DNA of 64,000 bases from Adineta vaga (lineage: Eukaryota > Animalia > Rotifera): positions 12,958,001 through 13,022,000 of the forward strand of contig CP075495.1 in the NCBI GenBank assembly GCA_021613535.1, written 5' to 3'. Position 1 is the first letter of the stretch. Each line of letters opens with the position of its first letter. Shown here one piece after another: positions 39,653 through 50,619 of this stretch. The notes beneath the pieces were generated by a model. The model did no database searches. It saw only the letters and a program-made list of their open reading frames with translations, and was not told the DNA's origin. Position numbers and translations under genes: made by a program.

Positions 39653-41475
39653 ATGGCAATGAATGAGAGCAGTAATCTTCTCCGTAAGTATATATAACAA
39701 TCTATCGAACTATTTGTTAATGTTCTATTTTTCTCTTCTTAATTTGAAATCAGTTGGTGCTACTCATTATAGTCGTCTTCGACCACAATATCGTCATCAA
39801 AATTCTTTAAATGATTCAGTTATACAAGTCATTGATAATACTTATTCGACTAATCGTCGAGCATCGTCTGTTCAATCACTTCAAACATTATTTTCAACAT
39901 CAAAACCATCAACATCAATATCTTATCCACGTTTACAACATATTATTCGAAAACAAGTTTCACCATCTGGAACGACTGCTGCTTCCGATGTAACACTCTC
40001 ATTATTAAAACAAAATAAGGTTCCCATTCATACAAGTCACCATCGTATAGATAATCTTTCAACGTATTCAAAAGGTCGTACACAAGATGAAGATGAACAT
40101 GGTATTTCGATTCATTTATCAAACGCAACAACAGCATCAATATGTGAAAACAGTGAATATAATGATAAAAAACAACCAATTGAAATTCGTGTTCGATGTA
40201 TATTTTCTCGTGTTGGTGAAATTGATACGTTGAATGAACGATATACAGCGGAAATTTTCTTCGAAGCTTCTTGGCATGATGAAAGTTTTAAAATTGGATC
40301 AAAATATGATCCACAAATGGGTCATTTTAATCCTCAATTAGTTGTACTTAATCATATTGGAGATTCCTTACGACATGAAGTATGTAGAGCATTTCAAGAT
40401 TCTTAATGTTTATTCTTTTTGCGTATATAGAAATGGTATTCGATCAATAAAACAAATGAAGAAAACTTGATTGAAATAACTGAACATCATAAGATTCGTG
40501 GTGTTTTTTGGGAACGTATGGAATTAAATCATTTTCCTTATGATGTTCAAGAATTATCCTTATCAATAACAACTCCATTAACACAAAATGATCTTTGTTT
40601 TATACAAAATCTTGATAAACCATCCGGTGTCAATCGAACAGTTTTTAGTGATCAACAATCTTGGCATTTATATGAACATGTCGAATTTACATGTGAAGAA
40701 CATCGAGAAGAATTTTCATTAAATTACAATGAAACTCATCCAGTTGTTGTTTGTACATGTCATGTTGGACGTAAATGTGGTTATTATATTTGGTAAATGA
40801 GAAATCGAAATTTTCTTCTCGTTAAATAATTAAATTTATTTGTTTATGTTTTTGTTTTTGTAATTCAATAGGAATGCATATTTTTTAATATTTCTGATTA
40901 CATCGGCATCATTATGTACATTTGCAATTCCACCATCAAATACTCATGGTCGTCTTCAAATAACGTGTACTCTTCTTTTAACATCTGTAACTTTTCGATG
41001 GGTTGTTAATAAATCTCTTCCGTAAGTCAATTGAATTATACATTTTAATATAAATTATTCATCTTTTTTTTCAAGTACAATATCATATTTAACAGCATTA
41101 GATGGTAAGTACGCGACTCTTATTTATTTTTATCAAAGTATGTTACTTCTTTTTTTAGTTTATGCTATATCGTCTATTGTTGCTTTATGTATAATAAATG
41201 TTTTTCATGGTGTCATTAGTTACATTTATTATAATCAATTATATTCAGCCACATCACAATCACCAGTGACAACAAATGCGCTTCATCTTTCACTGTATCC
41301 AGAATATTCACTTTGTCGTCTTGATCGTTATGCATTTTTTATCTTTTTAACATTATTTTTTTTGTATCAAATCTTCATTCTTATATGGACTTTCTGGGTA
41401 CCTTATAAACGACGTTATGCTATGAGTAATAAGGATGAGGAAAATAGAGCAAAATTTCAAAATAAAATTATATGA
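39653..41475 (+). CDS. Cys-less (Pro-loop) pentameric ligand-gated ion channel-like subunit; 6 exons
   Basis: FSRVGEIDTLNERYTAEIFFEASW, GVFWERMELNHFPYDVQEL (FP-x-D-x-Q loop with no Cys pair), pre-M1 RKCGYYIWN, M2 GRLQITCTLLLTSVTF, LPTISYLTALDVY, M3 and M4. Confidence 0.82.
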
Positions 41476-42724
41476 TTTGAAAAAGATATGAAAAATTTTC
41501 ATGATTATTTGTAAAAAAAAATATATCAATCAATTATATTCTAATAAATCTCTTTGAAACGTCGAAGGATATCTATGTACATTGTTCGATAGCTTTCAAA
41601 TTGAAATGAAAAGAAGATCTTGAGATTTCACTTTAACCATCTATATCATTATAGGAAAGATGGATTCTTTGTTTATTTGATTGACAATATTAAATTAATC
41701 TACTATTCATTCTAGGTTTCATTATTTTCCTTATAGAATGTCAAGATTTCGTTGTCAATTTTCTATGATTCAATAAACAGTAAGCATATCCTTCCTGTTA
41801 AAAAAAAATACACAGTTACATTCATATTTCATAGTCGCATGTTCGAGAAATAATCATCGATAAAGCTGTTCATGCATCGGAAATAGTCGACCTTGCTCTT
41901 CGTCTCTTTCTAAAATCCTCTACGAATATTCTATACAACTTAATATTGATATTCTTTTTTCTTTACATTTTCATCTTCAAATGCATTATTGACTTTTCCG
42001 GTTTTCTTTTGAATTTTAACTAATATTTATTTTCATTCTGTTGACATACCATTACTTTGTGCGTCAATAGTTTTTTTTTTCTGTAAACAACTATACAAGT
42101 AAATCGTCCTAATAATCGATTATATTATCAAAAATGAATACTTTCATTTCTCTTCCTAGTATTAGATTGTCCTTTTAGTAATAAGAAGAGAGATAGAAAA
42201 AGAAATATCGGAAGAACGGTTAGTTTAACCTAAATCTGAACTTAACGCAAATATGACAAGGACATGTCATACGATGAAAAGCAAGATAATTAAGATTAAC
42301 GGATAAGTTTTCTCTCATTAAGTAGTTGTCTATCTTCTATATATATATATATCGAAATATTTGTTTCGTTTTCTATCGTATTATCATTGAATTCGAATAT
42401 TTTCATAAGTTGTCAAAAGAAGAATGATCTTATTTGAATATTCTTTTTTCTCAAAATATGTAATACATCCATCATATATCACAATTAAAAAAAAAGAAAG
42501 AAAAAGAAAACATATTCATTTACACATACTGTTCGATGATGACTATTACAAAATAAAAAGAAAAACAGAGAGAAGGGAGAGAAAGAGAACAAAGAAAATA
42601 AAACCAGGGTAACGAAACAACAGCTTTATTATTAAAAAAAATTAAGTAAAGATTAGACTTATGTTTTTGTTTTAAAGACAAATCTATATACTCATCATTA
42701 TTCATGCATAGTTACGCGCTAGTC

Positions 42725-45700
42725 CTATTTCAGAACATACTCAACTTGCATATTAAGATAGACCATCCTAAAGAAAAAGAAAATTCAAATGAAAATAGTT
42801 TTTCACTAAAGATCATTATTCATTTACCAATAGATTATATTAAATACAATAAAGGCAACGGGAAAGAGAACTGCAGAGATTATATCTACCTGAAAAAAAT
42901 AAATCAATGGTAAACATCGAGAGAGATTTTTCCGTTTAAACTTACAAATTGTGCACTGTCACGAACAGGTTTAGCTGCTTTTGCAATCATTGCTGGTTGT
43001 GGTAAAACAACTTGTGGCAATGGATTTGATTGTGTTGATGTTAGAGGATTAGCATTTGACATAGCTGAATATTGAACATGTGAACTTGCATTTCCACTTG
43101 TATTTCTATCACCACCACTTGATTTATGAACAAGTGCTTCCATTGTTTCTGCACTATCATTTGCATCATCTTTTTTATAGAATTGTACTTGAGCAAGACG
43201 ATTTCCGATAACCTAAATCACAGACATATTCATTAATATTAATTTTCAATTAAAATCAGAAAGAAAACATTGAACAACAAATAAATTTCAGACTAAACAA
43301 AGAAAAGAGAACAAATGTCGTGAAAATAATATTCATTCAAAAGAGGAACAACAAGAACTAAATAATGTGCATTTAGTGAGAATGTGATTGAAAAAGAAGA
43401 AGAACGACGAAACTGATTTGTGATAGTTTATGTGCATCAGTGATAAAACAAGATAGGTAAAATATTCTAGTGAAGGAATTACTCTCTCAGCAGCAAAAGT
43501 CGAGCCATTCTGGAGTTTTTGTATTAAAGTTAATTTCGGTGGTCTGTCCGGACCTTTTCTCTATAAAATACAAGCATTTCAAATATCTCTAATTCACATC
43601 AACAATGATAAACACAAAAAATAAAATAAAATATAATAAAAGATTCCAATTCAAAATATTCATTTTCGATGTTTCATTTCAAAACAAATCACTTACTTCT
43701 TTGGAAAATCGAACTTGTTGTCTTAATTCACCTTTTCGAGCAATAACATTGACTAAGGCGTATTCAAGTAAACCAGCAAAGACAAAAACAAGACAAGCTG
43801 ACATCCACACATCAATTGCTTTTATGTAAGAAACACGCGGGAGTTGTGATCGTATACCTAATGAAAAACAAACATTCGTAGAAATTAACATACTAATTTT
43901 CATTATAATTTACAAATTAAGAAAACGAACAAATAAAAGAGTAAACAGCAAAAGCCAGAATGAAGCAAAAGGTATCGTGGGGTATGGTTTTGCTTACCTG
44001 AGCTTTGAGTAGTAACCGTCAAAACAGTCAAAAGTCCGACAGAAATTCGGGCAGGAACCTGATTATGGGATATACGTAGGATAAAAATGTATCATATATG
44101 TTGTTTCTCATCGATCTTACCGATTTATGATCGATCCAAAATGAAACGAAAGAAAGGATCACAATAAGCATTGATGGAATATAAACTTGTACTAGAGAAA
44201 TTCATTGAATTTTCTTTTTTTTTAAACAAACAATATAATTGAAAAAGTAGAAAACTCACCGAGATAATAACCAAACAAACGTTTCAAATGTAGAACAACA
44301 AGAAGGCATGTAAAACTGCCTAGAAAATCAATTGTTTCAAACAATGATAAGACAAATATACAAAGTTTTCTGACTTCATATATAATATTAATCAAAAAAC
44401 AACTTTCTTCATTTGAATATCTTTCTTTCTTTCTCTTTTTGCTGCTTATATAGGATGTCTGAATGAAGCGGAAAAGGCAAATAATGATATAGACAAAGAA
44501 AACACAACGAAAAAAAAAAGAAATGTCAATCAAAGCATTGAGATGAAAACTAAAATGGATTCATCAGTGCAGAAATAATAGTCTGTGCTAAAATGGATTG
44601 TGAAAGCGAAATGCGCGTGACAATTAGCGTTATAATCAAAATAACACAACATAGACAACTATAGATATTAAATGAAAAGCAAGCAAGCAAGAGATTTGTA
44701 TTTCTTATACCTGCAGCTTGTGTTGATATAGTAACAATGCTCAATAAACTTAATAGAGTTCTTGCTGGATGAGATTTATAATCGACCCAAAAGCCGAGAA
44801 ATGATATTGTTACAATCAATGTTGACGGTAGATAAAGTTGTTGAATATATAATTCAAGATTTCGTTGTAATTGTAAATGCACTTCGATACAAGTATATAC
44901 GCCTATGAGCGGAGTGAAGGAAAGCTTAGTTTAAATAAGAAAATCAAGAAAAATTTTCTCTCTATATAAGCAGCAATAACAGCAACAGCATTAATGACAA
45001 TATTAGACAAATGAAGAAAGATGATTTTTGTTTAAATTAAACTATAAAAAAAGATTTTGTTTTTATCTAACCTGTTGCTGTTGTTCGATTACAATATTTT
45101 GCTTCATGATTGCTTAAAACAAAATCAGGCATTTCAAGATCTTCATTAACACGAATAGCGCTGACATTTTGAGATTCATCCCAATAAAATGCCAAATCAT
45201 TGGTAGAAAATGCATCTAATTAGAGATGAAGATAAATTAATCAATAATAACATTTTCATTGAAAGCAAAGAAAAAGAAGCAAATCACACATACAACTGCC
45301 AATATTAACTACACATGTTTGATTATCAAGTGGAAACTTCTGTAATTTCATTTGGCAATCAAGTTTAAGTAATAGCCTAAAAGAATGAAGATAACAACAA
45401 AATCTTCTATTTAATTTCCTTAACAAATCGAAGAAACGAACCGTTGACTGTAGAGTACTTTACCATCACGATGAATACGAATTAAACGATTGGGTACGGT
45501 TATATCACTACGTTTACCTTCTTTGGCATTACGAAAAAATGAATCAGGCACCCATATACGATCAATAAGTGAATAATGGAGAGTAATTTGTGGTGCTTTT
45601 GCTGCCCAATCTGTTCCGGAATAATTAAGTCGAGGATCATACCATGATTGACGAAAAATAATGTCAGTATTATAATCCTAAGTTTATGATAAATATTCAT

Positions 45701-48700
45701 TTGTAAAAACGAATAGTTATGATTTCCTTAATGAATATGTCTTACCATATTAACTTCATTGATAGCTGAAATTGTATTAATATGAATCGTCATTGTCACA
45801 TTGCACGGTTCTAGAAATATGAGCATGATCAAAATAGAAAAAGAAAAGAAAACAAAACCAAACAAATCTACTCACTATGTTGATCGAAAAATGGCCGAAT
45901 ACGCCTATCATAACGACTTGAATTAATGAGAGTATCGAGAAATTCTTCAACGGTTTTTATTGATGCATCATTGCGTTGTAAATTTGTACTAGAAATGAGT
46001 GTGAAGATTGTTGTTAAAACATGCAAATCAATACGTAGACGCATAGTGTTTTGATAATCACGAAACAAGATAGATAATTCAGATTTATCGTAGCAGTGTT
46101 TTCAACAATGATAGATAGCATCGATTAATATATGTAGAAAGAAGAGATAGAAAAAACCAAAAAAACGTCTTAGCCAACCAAGATGGTATAACAAACACAT
46201 ACGTCTTTTTCAAAAGAGAATCAGTAACAGAAGATGTTGACAGTGTATTGATAGAAATAATGATGACAGTATACTGATACTGATACTGGTAATAATAGCA
46301 TTTCTTTGGGTTAAAAAGAAAGGATAAATAAACACTTATGAAGAATATATCGACGTAAAAATTAAGTTGATTTGTTAGTTGTTTTGCTCCACTGATAAAT
46401 CTATAGGTTTTCTTCTTTTCTTCTATATCGAGATTGAATTAAGTTTTATCTGACTGTTTGACTGACACTCAATAACAGTAATGCGTGCGTGTTATGCTTG
46501 GTAAAAGACACGCACAGATGCGGCGATTGACGGCAATAATAATGACGAGCACATAAAATCGGCAAGAAATGAAAACGAGAGCGATAGACAGAGATAATGA
46601 CAAAGATAGAATGAGAGAGAGAGAGATAGAGAAAGTGAAGGAGAGCGAACGGCAGAGAGAGAGAGGGAGCGGGAAAAGACGAAGGAGAAGCCGACAGAGA
46701 AAAGAAAACTTGTCTTGTCGTCATTAAACGGAAATATTAATGCAAAAAAATCTTTTCTCGGCCTGTTTTTCTCGTACAAGTTTTAAAAACTGTTATTGAA
46801 GATCTAACCATCTATTCATGTCAAATTCAAACGAACATACATTATAATTTATATAACAAACACGCGATTTTCTGTTTCTTTCATCATCTGACAAACAAAA
46901 TCTAGATTCGTTATTATTAATAAACAAAAATCAATAATGAATATCTGTTTATATCATAAATTTAGCTTTCGATTTGTTTGAATATCAAAATCATATGGTT
47001 TCAGTTAGATATATTATTTCAGTGGGAATAGAATTCTTCATAAGCTGGAAATATTGGACGCAGAATACAGGTTTTAGTTCAACATATTTCCGTTGTTTCA
47101 ATCAAGGCAGTCAACAGGAAACTTCGGCTATGCTGTTAGTTTATAGGCTACTTGTCAATCTCTCCTGTCTCTCATTGATGAAATAACTGAACTTCTAGAA
47201 ACTATTTTATTACAAGAGCAATCAATGTAATAACAATGCTTGATTTCATGCATGAAATACTTCCTTTATTATCTCTTCACCTTTGTCTTTCTTTTTCTTT
47301 TATAAATAGACAATTTCATCATTAGTCAAGATTATTTGACAAGATATTGTGCAGAAAAGTTATCAAGATATTGATGAGTAAGATGTCAGATAGTTTTTTA
47401 ATTCATTATAATCTATAGATGTTTACGTCAATATATTCTGAAACATCGATGAAAGAATGTCTATCATTTCCTTATGTTATCTGAAAACTATGCAAAATGT
47501 CCATATGTGACATAAAGCATTTACAATGAAGACGAAAATGCCATTATAATCCTTTCTATGATAGAAACGACAGAAGTAAATGGTCTCCTAGGGTGTGATG
47601 TTTTTTTAATCTGGAAAGACGATAAGTTCGTTTTAGATCGAATTGCTTCATAATGGTCAAGGACCTGATGTTTTCCGTCTATGTGAAGATTTTTTTTTAT
47701 CCGAAAGAAAGAAAATGATCTTGTATTAATTCAAGTCTAGAATATGAAAACATCCGACATGTGGCAAACAATGACAATCTTCTAGTGGTTCGTTGGTTGC
47801 TTTGAACATCTTCCTGCTTTATATTTGTAGAATTCATGAAAAACATTGTATTTTCTTTCTAAACGTCCGTTCTATTCTATCTCTAACATCTTGTTTACTG
47901 TTGTTCTTCGATCAACTAATGTCGATACTAGATTAAATTACAAAGAAAACGTTGAAATGAAAGAGGGAGAAAAAAGGAAATTTTACTCTTGAAGAAATCT
48001 AAAGTGAATGCAATTAAGAAAAGAAAGCAATCAAAAACCCACCCGATGAGATCATTAGTGATCAAATTGTTCTTATTGGCTGACTGTTCTTCACAAAACA
48101 ACGGATATTGAAAGAAAAGTGCAGCAAGAATAACTATGATTATAATATTGGATAGAATCATGGATAAGACTGATGAACATGACAATCGAAAAAAGAAAGA
48201 AAGCTTCGATGAAGCTAGATAATAATCACTCTCCTACAACAGTTGTTCCATTGTTAACGTCGTCGTTTCTATACATTTAGTTTTCTTCTCTCTCCGATTT
48301 TTTTCTCAATTCTGTTCTTATTTACTAAGATTATTCTGTAACAATTTTTGCCTTGCAATTGTTCACCGCATCGTAAACTCGATGCATGAATTTTTAGACG
48401 TTGCTAGTCGATTAAGGCCTTGCCTGTGCCCTTCTTCATTTTTTTCTATTGTTGTCTTTCTTTGCCCTCATCTCTCCCTCTCTCTCTCTCTCTCTTCCTT
48501 CATATTCTCGTTTTTTTCAAATTTTTCTACATCATTGTATTCGCTTGTCATGCTCAAAACCAATTTACACCAGCACTATTCTATTCATGGCAAGGAGAAG
48601 CTATAATAAACGATTACGTTCTTTTTATCGACACCCTCTTACAGTGTTCACTTTCCTATTGTTGGCCTTCATCGATTGGGATCAACGTCGCTTTCGCTTA

Positions 48701-50619
48701 AATAGAGTGGGAGAAAGCAACGACAAAGAATCATCAGTTCGATTTGGACTCGTTTTAATGAATAGAATGCCGGCAATGGCAAGGAGAAAAACAGACGTTA
48801 AGACTGAGAGACTCATAAAAATCATCATCATCTTTTCACATTTATTTACACTATAAAGGCAAAACACTGTTTGCATGTAAAACATTTCTTATATAATTAT
48901 AAGGATTAAGTGCGAAAGACATTTATATATTTATTTCTAATATCGTGTCAAATATATATATATATGATTGCTCTTTTTATTATTAATGTTAAGTGAAAGA
49001 CATCAATAAAACGAGTAAGAATTCCCTTAGTTAGTCCTAGTTTAATCATGTCTTAATACAATGTTTTTAATAATCTAATTTCAGTTTGATTTGTTCTTTA
49101 TCTATTCTGAATATCCCTGTCATCAATACACACATACAAGTTTCATTTCATGTCATCTTGTCTATCTATCTATCTATCTATCTATCTGTTTCTCTCTTTC
49201 CGTCAAAACTTACTGCTCTATACTTGTCATATGTTTGTATATCATGTCATGATTACTGCAATGTTTAGTTCTTAGACTAATTAGCATAAGAATGTGTATC
49301 CATATTAAAGAGCCGTAATTGATTCAATCATATGACAACAAAATAGATGAATATTAACGAAATGTCTAAATATGCTGGATATTTTTTTTTATTGAATTTC
49401 TCTTAAATATAACTTCGTTTATAGTTTCTCGATGAAATATAATAATCATAGTCCAAAAGAAGCAAAAAAAACAAGATATATGTTTCTAAGAGACTTCCAG
49501 AAAAGAAGAAGAAAAAGAAACGGAAGGAGAGAAGAAATTAATACAATCCGATGATGCTTATGTGAACACATCGAATACAAGCGTATAGAGTAACTACCGT
49601 TAACTGCAGGATTACAAGAAAAAGATTTTATGTTAAAATGTTTTTAAATAGCACTATAAATGGAATGAACGAATAGAATAAGTCGTTGGCATCATCTACA
49701 TTTCATCATTACTTAGATTGTATAACAAAGAGTAATGCATTGCCGCTATTAGATTTCATGCTGAACAAATTCTTTGCTCTCTTTCTCTCTTTTAGTAGCT
49801 ATCTTCGAGGAATCAAGATAGGAGCATTAGTTAGCAATGAATTCACTGATGTTGAATATCCGGATCGTATGCAAAAAGAAATTTCAAGGCATGATTCCTA
49901 TCTAAAAAACTTTCCGTTTTTCTTCAATTTATTCGATGTAAGAAAGATAATTGTCAATTTTATTTCTATTAATCTACTTCATTTATTGTTGACAATCGAT
50001 TAAATCGTTATTCAAAATTCATTTTTATCGATTAAGAATATATCTCTATTCTTTCTCTCTTTCTTTCTCATTAATTGTAGGTGTTAATAATAAGACATTC
50101 AAAGAAATAGTAAATAAATAAGAGTAATATAACGCAATGATTTAACTGAATAAGACAAAGAGAAACGAGAGCAAATATAAATTGAGATCGTTGTTATTCT
50201 ATTGTTCGTCTATCTTGATTTTACAATAAGTTTCTTATCGAAAGGTTTAAATACTTTTTCCCGACAATAATACGAATACCATTAATTTCCATGTACCTGT
50301 CATTCATCATTCTTCTCTATTCTATGCGTAGGTTTAATTAAAGTACAAAGTTCTTGAATCGGAAGCCAAGAACAAAAAACTAAAGAAAGCGAATATCTAC
50401 ATAAATAACATACCAATCATGAGATGATGCACGTTCTGTATCAATCATTTTCTGCCATAGCCGATGATTTGGATGACCATCTTGCAAATCAATTACATCT
50501 GATAGGAATTTCGATGTTGCTGTACTAGTCGTACTTGTAATTATTTGTACGGCCAATGAGTAAATTTGATTGTAGATTGAAAGGAAAATAACTGTGGATA
50601 GGAAATGTATGAGGCGCAT
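42725..50619 (-). CDS. Cys-loop ligand-gated chloride channel subunit (glycine receptor/GluCl-like) with alternative first exons and a duplicated M1-M2 cassette
   Basis: [29 protein letters not shown], Cys-loop [15 protein letters not shown], loop [15 protein letters not shown] anion filter, [15 protein letters not shown]4 [20 protein letters not shown]. Proximal ATG at 46044, distal ATG at 50619. Confidence 0.92.
43998..44319 (-). other. Alternative exon cassette B (loop C end-M1-M2), three exons 44260-44319, 44121-44191 and 43998-44058, total 192 nt
   Basis: [20 protein letters not shown]|[24 protein letters not shown]|[20 protein letters not shown]; canonical GT-AG sites; phase 1 at both outer ends. 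Confidence 0.9.
44711..44902 (-). other. Alternative exon cassette A (loop C end-M1-M2), intronless, 192 nt
   Basis: actaag...ccgctcatag|[64 protein letters not shown]|gtataag; phase 1 at both ends. Confidence 0.85.
49161..49187. repeat. (TCTA)n microsatellite
   Basis: tctatctatctatctatctatctatct seen directly. Confidence 0.8.

Noticed and set aside
44550-44882. Cassette A as a separate gene or an alternative terminal exon (110-aa ORF)
   Set aside because: Channel homology stops exactly at a good donor (44711) whose phase matches the M3 exon; the rest of the ORF is intronic read-through.
48382-48885. Overlapping hydrophobic ORFs as a small gene or a third first exon of the channel
   Set aside because: They arise largely from CT/GA-rich low-complexity intron sequence; I found no in-frame donor or recognisable homology.
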